A DNA stretch of 63,576 nucleotides, counting the filler, from Reclinomonas americana ATCC 50394 (taxonomy: Eukaryota), in assembly GCA_048213135.1 (NCBI GenBank). It is 11 parts of 4 records of this genome, joined end to end, with 100 filler letters (N's around TTAATTAATTAA, not from the genome) between each part and the next. Parts side by side here need not be neighbours in the genome. Positions count along the whole stretch, not along the records: positions 52,585 to 58,423 come from PS015346.1; positions 58,524 to 61,231 come from PS015346.1; positions 61,332 to 63,576 come from PS015347.1; 8 more parts are not named here. One strand, written 5' to 3'. Made by a program: the position numbers and the translations under genes. The notes beneath the pieces were generated by a model. The model did no database searches and was not told where the DNA came from. It worked only from the letters and a program-made list of their open reading frames with translations. Shown here piece after piece: positions 53,683 through 63,576 of this stretch. How positions within the stretch are numbered: the stretch's first letter is position 1; each line of letters opens with the position of its first letter.

Positions 53683-55667
53683 ATGAACTGCTTCGGTCCG
53701 CACGGCACTGGTGTGGCGCTGGTGGACTCTGCCGGCACCATTCACATCACACTGGCATGTGAACGCGTGCTGCGTGGCACTCACAGTGCGCGCGATGACC
53801 TGCTGGTGCGCGGTGCACTGCAGCACGCCGACGTGTGTGGCGATGGTGCCGGCTGCGTGCTTCTCTGTGCGCGTGCGGCGGTGGAGCACTACCGGAAGAG
53901 GAGAAGGAGAGGAGGAAGAGGAGGAGGAGAGGGAGGTGATGCGCGAGTGTCGCATTCGTTGATGGCGATGCTTCCGTGGATGTTGGAGGAGGCGGAGCGA
54001 GTGTTGACAACTGTCGATGCGCGTGCTTCTGCGCTGCGACGCGTGTGTGAGAGCATGTTCTTGACCAGTGCCAATCGGGGAGTGGCCAGTGAGTTGGCGG
54101 CCATGGTGTGTGGCATGGTGGAGGGAGGCGAGGGCGAGGGCGAGGAGTTGTCTGTGTTGCATGAGGTACGTGTGGGAAGTGACTGGCGATGAGGGCTATG
54201 CTGAGTGCTCTCTTGCTCTCTGTCGTGCAGCGAGCTCGATGGATGTCGACTGCGTGGCCCGTGGTGCACTTTCCGGGCGCACCGCTTGCGGCGTCGTCGG
54301 TCGAGGAGGCGTTGTTTTGGGAGGGCGGCTGGGTGTCGTCGCTGATGCCGCGGGCGGTCAAGGGGTTGCGTTTGTCGTCTTGCCGTTGTGTCTCACTCGG
54401 TCTGTGTCGCCTCACCTCGGAGAGCAGAGCTGCCGCCGTATTCGTCATCATGGATGGAGCAGCCAGTCGTGCTTCCGATGACACAGACGACAGCAGCAGT
54501 AGCAACAGCAGTGTGAGCAGTGATGATAGCGATGATGCGGACGACGAGGCTGCCGAGTCGCTGCCTGTGGAGGAAGAGTCGCACGAGGGCCTGCGTGTGC
54601 TCGGGGAGGGCGAGTTTCGTCGCCTGGTGAACTCCACCGGCAGTGCGAGTGGCGTGACGCCGGCCGAGGTGTGGAGTCACTTGTTTGGTGCCGTGCGAGC
54701 GCTCGCACCCCGGGAGCAACCACTCGTGGTGGTGCTGGTCGGGCCGTGGACGCGAGGCCGTGTGCCGGAGGTGGTCACGCAGGCAGCCATGCAGGCCAAT
54801 GTGTTGGTGGTGAGGAGGGAGAGAAGGGGAGGAAGAAGCGAGGGAGATGATAATTGACACTCCGTGTGTGCAGACTGATGCCTGTCCGAGTGCCGCCTAC
54901 TGCGTGGAGCTGTGCGCCAAGCTCGGTGTGCAGCCGTTGTACGCCAGTCCTCACTCACTGCTGCCGGCGATCGACGGCGCTGTTGTTGTGGCTCCATTGC
55001 ACGCGGCCACAGTCGGCAAGCTGGGCGATCGCACACACGTGACACTGCGCTTTGCGGAGAAGATGAAGACCCTGGTGCTGCGGGCGCCAGTAGCACCGCT
55101 GTGCGAGGAATTCGATCGCCTGCTGCGACGGTGCGTGCGAATGGTGCAGCGGGCGACGGCGCCACCGAGCACGTCGCTGCGCTTGATCCCGGCGGGTGGC
55201 GTGTTTGAGCGCACTCTCGCTCGTGAGTGGCGTTCGCCCGACGGTGATTGGAGCGAGAGCGATCGCGTGGCGCTGGAGTGTGTGGCCGAGGGCCTGCTTG
55301 CCGTGCCTCTCGCGCTGCGGCGATCAGTGGCGCGACCGACCACTCGTGTTTCGTGATTGTGTCAGCAGCATAGAAGAGTTCACAATGACTGATTCTTGGA
55401 GGGGAACAGGAGGTGGAGTTGCGACTCGGCGTGCAAGAGGACGAGGAGAAGGCGGAGGAGATCGCGGTCGGGGATGCAGTCGAGTCGCTGGACATCAAGT
55501 TGCGTGGCGTGGAGGCTGCGGGGATAGGGACTTCCTGACTTACTCCGAGCGGCAGATTGGAGATGCTATCGTCGGTGGTGTCGCTGGTGGCGCAGGTGCT
55601 CCGCATCGATCAGCGACAAGGACCACTGCCGGCGACGACAAAGAAGAACGCCAAGGCGAAGAGGTGA
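53683..55667 (+). CDS. BBS10: Chaperonin-like Bardet-Biedl protein, most similar in motif pattern to BBS10
   Basis: CFGPHG, HADVCGDGAG, WPVVHFPGAPLAASSV, TLVLRAP, LIPAGGVFE, LLAVPLAL, VESLDIKLEMLSSVVSLVAQVLRID. Confidence 0.75.
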
Positions 55668-55786
55668 TGTGCCGGGAAGCGACAACAGAAGCGGAGGAGT
55701 GATCTCGATGGAGAAGAGAGTGCACACGTGCAACAGCACTGTTCGCAGTAATACACAAGAGCTCCGCGATTCAATGACAAGCTGCT

Positions 55787-55898
55787 TCACTCCAAGTCGT
55801 CGTCGTCGAACGGGTCGCCAAAGTCTGCATAGACAAGGGGTGAGGGTGAGTAAAAGCACGAGGAATGGGCGAGAACAGAGGGGAGAGACAAGGGCGCG

Positions 55899-55929
<31 letters not shown>

Positions 55930-56392
55930 CACCAGACGCAAGCGGAGAGTTATGTGAGAGCGCCGTGGGGGTGCGGAGAGAGAGAGAGAGAGTGAGAGAG
56001 AGAGTGAGAGAGAGAGCACACGACCTGCACAACACGCCGTCACCATCAACAGACACAGCAGGCAAGGAAGAGAGCAAGCAGAAACAGAGCGCAATTAGAA
56101 AGACTGTGCATGAGCGAGAGAACGTCAAGAGGCGCAAATCACACAGAGAGGATTGTCGAGTGTGCAGAAGACGAATGAGGAAGGGAAGAGATGAGCGATG
56201 TGAACGGACCAATGGATGGCGGGGCGCAGAGGAAGAACAGGAAAAGCAAGACAGAGATCACAAGCAGAAGACAATGAGCGATGGAGCGTTGGAGAGGAGA
56301 GGAGACACAGGGAGACAATAACATCGTGACGAGAGGAGGAAAGATCGAACTCAATCAGCAGACAACAGATGATTGATCATTGATCACACACA

Positions 56393-56460
<68 letters not shown>

Positions 56461-56775
56461 CACGCAAGTTGTCCACTCCTCTCCCTTTTCCCCTCCAACA
56501 CACTCACCCCTCACATACTCGCTATCCACCAACTTCTCAAACGCCATGCGCTTCTTCTCCCCCGCGCGCCCACGCTCCGCAAAGAACGACGCCGCCGCGG
56601 CAATGTCCTCGTCCATGAGCGTGGCACCACCACCAACACCACCAACACCACCACCAACGTCACGATGCGCCGAGGCCAGACTCGCCGCCACCGCCATCTG
56701 AATGCGCATCTCCTCCTCGTCTTCTTGCGAGGGCGACACGCCGACACTCCGTTCAACGTCCATGGGAGAGCTCAT
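55787..56775 (-). CDS. ~96-aa protein with a UIM-like motif and a CSN9/CSNAP-like acidic tail; predicted GC-AG intron
   Basis: EDEEEMRIQMAVAASL (UIM pattern). Exons 56775-56523 and 55824-55787 give FEKLVDNFGDPFDDDDLE*. Confidence 0.55.
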
Positions 56776-57231
56776 TTGCGCAAGCACGTGCAATTGTGTA
56801 AAAGTGGCCCGTTCTTGTCCTTTGTTTGTGACAAGCTGTGTGGTGGTGCTCAGCTGCTAACACTACGTACATGCACCGCTGCATACGTATGTCAGCACAT
56901 GCACATGCAAGGGTTCTTTGCAGCTGCAGTTGCGCAGCGCTCGACGTCGCAGCTTGTTGCGCGCTGATGGTCTAACAGTGCTTGCAGCTTGCGGTCCGCA
57001 CGCCAGTGCTATACCTGCAAATGGACCGTGCGCGCGCGGCTGCTTCGATATCGACGTCGCACTGATGCAGCTGCAGGAGCTCCTTTTTTTCGCGCACTCA
57101 ATTGCTTTCTCTCTGCATCCACTCCGGATCTGCACACTTTCTTGTTGCGCTCGTCTGGCCCGTTACAAGCACCTCGTCGATTCACCTCGTGTGTCCTTCC
57201 GCACGTCGAGGAAAACTCCGGCGCAAACGAA

Positions 57232-58035
57232 ATGGCTGACTTGGAGAACGGCTATCAGCAGGCGACCACGCAGCAGCAGCATGAGAGCACTCGCTTGCTC
57301 TCCTCCAGTGTCCCGCGCTCTGCACAGTTACGCGCGCGCGTGTATGCAACACACACCTATGCAACATTCACTGCTCATTGCTCTCCACCACAGTGTGACG
57401 TGGGCCGATGATCGACACATGTTCCGACGGCCGCCCATTGACTCAGGCACGCACACACACTCTCTGTGTCGCGACTTTTGCTCTCATTCGCACATTGCAC
57501 AGATGACGAAGACGATGATGACAGCAGCATGCTGGAGCCAGAGGAGGAAGAAGACGAGACCTCGTCCACAGCCGGTGACGAGTCGTCGTCACACAAGCCG
57601 CAGCCTGCAGCAGCAGCAACAGCAGCAACAGGAGGAGACGTGGAGAGCAGCATAACAATGCCTCCTCCTGCACTCGTCGCTCGCCCACGCGGATCATCGC
57701 TGTTGGTCAGTAGTCGCTCACTGAGTCACCCTTGCGCATGCTGTGGCTCACCTCTCTCTCATGACAGCGCTCGCCTGGAGCACCTGGCAACGGTGCGTCG
57801 ACGACGCTGAGTGACTCGGATAGTGCGCCGTCGGCGGCGAAACGAACGCGCGATCGCACGGCCTCGTTTTACGCCATGCAGCCGGAACAAATGTCGACGC
57901 TGCCGTCGTTCAAGGTCGTGCAGCATGTGCGTGGCAACAAGGTCAAGATGGTGCACGATGATCGGTCTGTCCTCGCCTCTTCCACAGGTTTTCGTGTGCT
58001 TGCAGGCGATGACTGACTCGTTCTCGTGCAGGGCG
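57232..58035 (+). CDS. N-terminal exons of an unknown protein with an acidic stretch; truncated by the contig end
   Basis: MADLENGYQQ..., DDEDDDDSSMLEPEEEEDE, short exons bounded by AG/GT. Confidence 0.45.
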
Positions 58036-58810
58036 GTGCGTGTTGGCGATGGCGATCCTCTCTCCCTTCCCTCTCTGTCATTCCTCTTTCCATTCGACGT
58101 GATTCTGTGATTTGCGACCTATCCTCTCCCTGTCTTCTCCCTTCCTCTTCCACTTTCCTTCCGAGCGATTCTGCAATCGTCGTGCCCTCTCCCACTCCAC
58201 CCTCTCAGTCTTTCCTCTTGTCATCCGACGCGATTCTGCGACTGTCGTCACCTCTCCTCTCCCACTCTTCTCCCTTTCCCTGTCCTCTTTCCACCTGACG
58301 TGATCTGTTATTCATCGTCTCTTCCCCCTGTCTCTTCCCCCTGTCTCTTCCCCTGTCTCTTCCCCCGTCTCTTCCCCCGTCTCTTCCCCCCGTCTCTTCC
58401 CCCCGTCTCTTCCCCCCGTCTCTNNNNNNNNNNNNNNNNNNNNNNNNNNNNNNNNNNNNNNNNNNNNTTAATTAATTAANNNNNNNNNNNNNNNNNNNNN
58501 NNNNNNNNNNNNNNNNNNNNNNNTGTGTGGAAGGGCGCAGAAAGAAGAGAAAGTGAGCGCGACTTGACTTCGCTCGGCTCACCTTCTTCGCCTCAACTCA
58601 TGATCAACTTCGGCTGTCCTCCGTCTCGCTATTCTCCGCCGCCACCATGTTAACTGCGCAGCCTCCTGCGCCACTCTCCACTTCATCATTCCGCGTTCCC
58701 TTCGCCTCGCGCCCTCTCAACGACAGCACAGTGTCCTCACATCGAAAGAATCGACGTCGCTGCGGTGGCACGAGGTGCGTTGTTCTTTTGTTCCTTCCTC
58801 ATTGGACTCC

Positions 58811-59212
58811 ATCTCTCACTTACGTGCAGCACAACCATCGGAGCAAGTACTGCAGAATGCATCACCCCCGCGAATCTGCGCGAACGTCGATCAGTGCATT
58901 TGCAAAGATCGATACCGCGATACTTAACGAAGCCGCGCAAGCTTGTCAACGAGCTGCCATGACGGAGTTCTCAAGCCCACTAAACTCCGCCTCCTCGCTC
59001 ACCCCGCGAAATGCATCACCCCCGCGAATCTGCGCGAACGTCGATCTCGACATCGATATCCAATCGCGAGATTATTCAAAAATCCTGCGCATGCTTGCCA
59101 TCGTCACTCTTATGCTGCAAAAAGAGGCAATCTCCCACTCAACTCCGCCTCCTCCTTTGCATCACTCCGCGGAATGCATCACCACCGCGAATCTGCGCGA
59201 ACGTCGATCTCG
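58811..59212. repeat. Three degenerate ~155-165-bp units with a conserved ~37-bp core; a further copy at 61168-61231
   Basis: AATGCATCACC.CCGCGAATCTGCGCGAACGTCGATC at about 58856, 59010, 59173. Confidence 0.85.
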
Positions 59213-60200
59213 ATTTGCGTCCCGACCCGAAACCGAGATCTATGCAATTTTAGTGCATTCACTCCTTTTCCATCTCGCTTGTGAGCGCTGACCACCTCCT
59301 CACCCTTTCATCATCATCTACAAAATATGGCCTCCCGCATTGCCCGCTGCACTGTGCTCTCCTGCACCAACAGCACCTCGCGTCGTCTCTTTAGCCTCTC
59401 GGTGGCCGAGGTGCGCGCTCCCTCACTCAAGGTCGGCTACTCGGCCTGGGATCCGCTCACTGGACTGCCTCGTCGCTCAACAGTTGCGCAAAGAGAAAAA
59501 CAAGAGAGAGAGAAAAGAAAGAGAGAGAAAAAAGAGAGAGAAGCACTAAAGAAAGATCACACGCGTGTTGTCTCTTTCTTGCTCACTCACTCGCTCTCAC
59601 TCACTCACACTCACTCACTCTCTCTCTCTCTCACTCTCTTTCACACACTTTCTATTTGTTTTTCGTCACGAGAATCCACCCATAGATGCAGTGCAGCAGT
59701 GGATGCCGTCGTGATCCCCTTGTTGCGTCATTTTGGCGACTGCTGCACATCACAGTTGACAGTGCACATGATCGTAAAGTGTGAGGAAAAGAAAGAGGAA
59801 AAGAGAGTGCGTTGGTGAAAGCTGTATGTGTATGTGTGTGAGAACTTTTTACCTCGCTGTTCGCGCGTGTCTCGTCTTTTTTTCCTTGTGTGCCTCTCTT
59901 TTGTGTGTGGCAAGTCGGTTCCTCCTTTGTGTGTGTGTGTCTCTGTGGCGAAGAGTGTGCAACGAAGGAGTGCGGTCGTGTTCGAAGCTAACGCTCTTGT
60001 ATGTACATCAGCTCCTTTTTTTGCTTTCTTTGCTCTCACACACTCTTGCCTCCCTTGTTTCCTCTGCACCTCCTTCTCTTGCGTTGCCTGTCATGCACTG
60101 CTCACGCAGTCGCACGCGCACACTGCACGCACAGACTCTCGCTTTCAACTTATTCTTTTTTCTGTCTTTTTCCATCTTCAGACACGCACACACATGTCAT

Positions 60201-60239
<39 letters not shown>

Positions 60240-60367
60240 CACTGCGCTCACACCACCCATCACTCCCCTGCCTCTCTCCTTTGCGACCACGGATCTCCCT
60301 CTCTCTCTTTTCAAATATTCCTTTATTCTTCCTCTACAACTCACACTTGCTTGCTTGATATATTCAG

Positions 60368-60678
60368 TGTGACACGTTGCCGAGCTCGGAGGCCGACTCC
60401 GCCAACAGCAGCAACAGCAAGTCGGCTGACTGCTCAAGTTGCGTTTTCCGCCCGCGCGTTTTTCTTGATTTGGCGTTGTCTCATCCGGACACAATAGACT
60501 CGATGCGAACGACGACTGTTGATGATGAGGAGTGGCTGCGAGAAGAGTGTTGCGTTTGACTATCTCTCCTCTTCTCTGACTCACACACTCGTGTTGTGTT
60601 GCTCACTTTTTGTATGATTTTCTTTATAGTGATGGCCGAGAAGCGTCGTGAGGCCACTGAGAGGCTGCGCAACAAGAG
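60368..60678 (+). CDS. Three small phase-consistent exons of an unknown gene
   Basis: CDTLPSSEADS..., SMRTTTVDDEEWLREE, MAEKRREATERLRNK, with GTTGCG donors and TAG acceptors. Confidence 0.35.
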
Positions 60679-61332
60679 TTTCGTCTTTCTTCTTCTTCTT
60701 GCTCTGTTGCTTGGGTGTCGTGTGATCAGTGCCTCTGTGTTTGTTTGTTTTTTGAGAGGAGAGTCGGCGTGTTCGGAAAAGTGTTCTTTTGTGAAACTCT
60801 CTCTGCTCGGTGTTTTGTGTTTCTGTGATCGCTGTTCTCGCTATGTGAGGTGAGAAGTGTGTGTGCGTGTTGCTCTTGTAAATGCGCGCTGTGTACTGAT
60901 CTCTCTTGTTTTTCGTGGCCCGACTCTCCCTTGCTCTTTGTATTTGTCTGTTTTCTGCCTGCTCGTTGCTTTTCCCATTCTGGTTGCTTTCTCTCCGGTC
61001 TTCATGACTCCACTCTTTCTCAGCACACCAGTGTTCTCCCCTCTGTATCCTCTGCTTCCTCGCACTTCTCGCTCTCTTCTCTTCTCTCTGTTCAATGTTC
61101 CGAAAGTCGCATTTCTCTCTCTCTCTCTCTCCTGCTGTACGGCCAAGGCGGATGTACGGTACAGCAGATCTCTCACTTACGTGCAGCACAACCATCGGAG
61201 CAAGTACTGCAGAATGCATCCACCCCGCGAANNNNNNNNNNNNNNNNNNNNNNNNNNNNNNNNNNNNNNNNNNNNTTAATTAATTAANNNNNNNNNNNNN
61301 NNNNNNNNNNNNNNNNNNNNNNNNNNNNNNNA

Positions 61333-61485
61333 GACACGGTGACCAGCACCATTGCGGTCAGCGTCGGCGGGCTTGGGCAGACCACCAACGGTGCTGGCAA
61401 TTACACGGGGCTGACGTTTACGATTGCGGCGCCCGTGGGTGGGACGGCCAGTGCGTCGTGGATTGCGATTGGCCGGCCAGAGTGA
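61333..61485 (+). CDS. C-terminal fragment ending in a WIAIG motif (H-type lectin / phage tail-fibre-like)
   Basis: DTVTSTIAVSVGGLGQTTNGAGNYTGLTFTIAAPVGGTASASWIAIGRPE*. Confidence 0.45.
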   Translation, partial: DTVTSTIAVSVGGLGQTTNGAGNYTGLTFTIAAPVGGTASASWIAIGRPE

Positions 61486-61836
61486 GGAGGGGGATTGAGG
61501 ATAAGGGAATTGCAAGCACGGAGATGGGAGCGGGAATGAAAGAGGGAAATTGCTTGCAGCGGGAAGGGTTGGGGGTGCAGAGAAGCACGCACGAATCAAG
61601 GGCTGAGGGTGGATGAGAGACACTGATCACACGCACACACACATACCAATGAAGATCTGAAGGGTTGAGGGCGTTGATTCTGAGTAGAGCAAACGCTTTC
61701 CGTCGTCTGCTGTTGTGTGACATGACATCCCCTCGCTGGCAACACGAGCAATCTGTGGTGAAAAACGGCGGTGACATTCAATTCATTCCCCACCACAATC
61801 AATTAACACAACCCCTTTACAACACATAACACATAA

Positions 61837-63513
61837 TCAAGAATCGCCGTTTCTCGCAAACTCGTCACACACGGGATCCGGTCCATCCTCTGGCGCGGCT
61901 GCCAGGTGGACTTGATCACCGCGCGCGGCTGCCACTGGTGCAGGGCGCAAATTATGGACATCGTGGCCCGCGACGTGGTCAGCTACAACGGGGACTTGCA
62001 GGAGATGAGAAACACTTTGGCGAAAGACACGGAGGAACACAATGTGTCACGCCACCTGCATCGACGACGGGTGCACCACCGCGATCGACGTCCGGCTCTT
62101 GCACGACGTCGCCCTCGTCACGAGGACGCACAAATGTGACTGAGTTTGGCAACATGTAGTCCGATATGTGCAATTCGACTGCGGCAATGTGTTTCGTCGG
62201 TAAGTGAAGGCATCAATCGCGCGGCAGAAGATGATATTAACATGCACGCACGTACACACACAGGTAAGCACACTCGCAAGCACACGCGAATACACACACA
62301 CACACATCCATACACGCACTCACTCACTCAATCTCTCACTCAATCACTGCACTCACTCAATCACTCTCCCTCTGTCTCTGTCTCTCTCTCTCTCTCTCTC
62401 ATCCCCCACAAGCCCCCCCAAATCTATGCAACAACGCATTCTTGGCAGTCGATAGACCTTGCACACCCACCATTCTGCATCAGCGACTGCCTGGCCAGCG
62501 ACACCGCCAACCGTGGACGTGGTTCAGCTTGAATGTTGATGCGCGGCATCGAGGCAGGGACACGTTCGTAGTGCTGCCCGATGCCGCGTTTGCCGAACTC
62601 CTCCTTGACTGGCGGCTTCCCCGCGTCGAAAAGGTCTCGCGCAAGATCATCGTCACCACCAGGACCATCGTTCCCTTCTCAAACCGCACATGAGAAGGCA
62701 GCGGCAGATAGACGCGGCGCAAACACTATCGCACCTTCATCCTGTGCGTGATCCCTCTGCAGCTTTCGCTCGTCGTCATCTTGTTGCCCGATATCTCCTA
62801 CAGGCTCCTCTGCCTGATCAGCTGCAGGCGGGAGAATAAACTCGATGGACGATGGCGATAGTTGCGGAGCGCGGGAGCCGTCGTCGGGATCAAAGTATGC
62901 GCCGCGTCTGAACACTGGCGAATCGACGGCGTCGGGGATTCGCAGTGCATGCAACTCGAACACCGCAGGTGCACCATCTGTTAGGGATGGAGTGAGAGTA
63001 CTTTGCCTCAGCGAGAGCATCATGACGAGAAACAGGAATACATCGACAGCTGGAAGACGTACCTTCGATCACCCCAGGGACGACAGCGGAGAGACGTGCA
63101 TTCTGCTGACGAGCTTCCTTTCGACGCTGACAGTACGCCACCAACGACCGGACCATGGACAGGATCACCGGTCCGGTGAGGATAATGCCAATCACGGCCA
63201 GCACAGCGATGCTGGTAGAGACTTTGAAGGTCGAAGAGACGCGTGAGGCGAACAGGGTGGAAATGATGATGAGTCCGCCGAGACCAATCGCCTGGAGCAC
63301 AGTGAGAAGCGATGAGAACATGGAATGTCAAGCACTCGTACGTCACCTCCAACACATTGTTGCGCATGTTCTCGTATGGAAGCACCGCCAGATGGATAGA
63401 AAGGAAGCCGATGCAGATGAGCCACAGGGCCAGCGGCAGTGCGTCAAGCATATTCGCGGCGGCCAGTGGGAACAGAACGGCGAGCAGGATGAGGCGGCGC
63501 GAGAGCTGGTAGG
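61837..63513 (-). CDS. 3' part of a multipass membrane protein (protist TRP-C/7TM-like) with a long acidic cytoplasmic tail
   Basis: RRLILL, IHLAVLPYENMRNNVLE, further TM helices, then phase-1 exons ending ARNGDS* at 61837. Confidence 0.65.
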
Positions 63514-63576
63514 CTGCGACAAAGAGTTAGCATCGCAGTCGACTGGTGTGTAGAGTGCTTTGCTCTCTCTCTCTCT

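Noticed and set aside
58856..59212. CRISPR-like repeat-spacer pattern
   Set aside because: The spacers are about 120 bp and homologous to each other, there are no cas genes, and the context is eukaryotic. It is a degenerate tandem repeat.
61906..62139. Plus-strand ORF or pseudogene
   Set aside because: It is the antisense shadow of phase-consistent minus-strand exons of the membrane protein.

Overview
Fragmented draft assembly of an intron-rich, microsatellite-rich eukaryote, probably a flagellated protist (BBS10-like and DUF4795/QRICH2-like genes). Contigs are joined by sized N gaps and ten artificial N-TTAATTAATTAA-N linkers. Splicing exons by hand gives MON1, a long ORF ending in a non-LTR-type reverse transcriptase, a pseudokinase-HECT E3 fusion, a Ser/Pro tandem-repeat protein, an ER thioredoxin-fold (xDEL) protein, a DUF4795 coiled-coil protein, an M1 aminopeptidase, an LYR protein, an MGC-start low-complexity protein, YIPF1/2, a secreted protein, BBS10, a UIM/CSN9-like small protein, a tail-fibre/H-lectin-like fragment and a multipass membrane protein. 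Main points of interest: a ~310-bp array of signal-peptide mini-ORFs copied from exon 1 of the ER gene; the apparently intron-bearing >1000-aa RT ORF; the pseudokinase-HECT fusion; an atypical GTTGCG splice-donor class; a palindromic promoter motif; and four gene segments inverted relative to their own genes (most likely mis-oriented contigs). All family calls come from motif recognition by eye. No searches were run.
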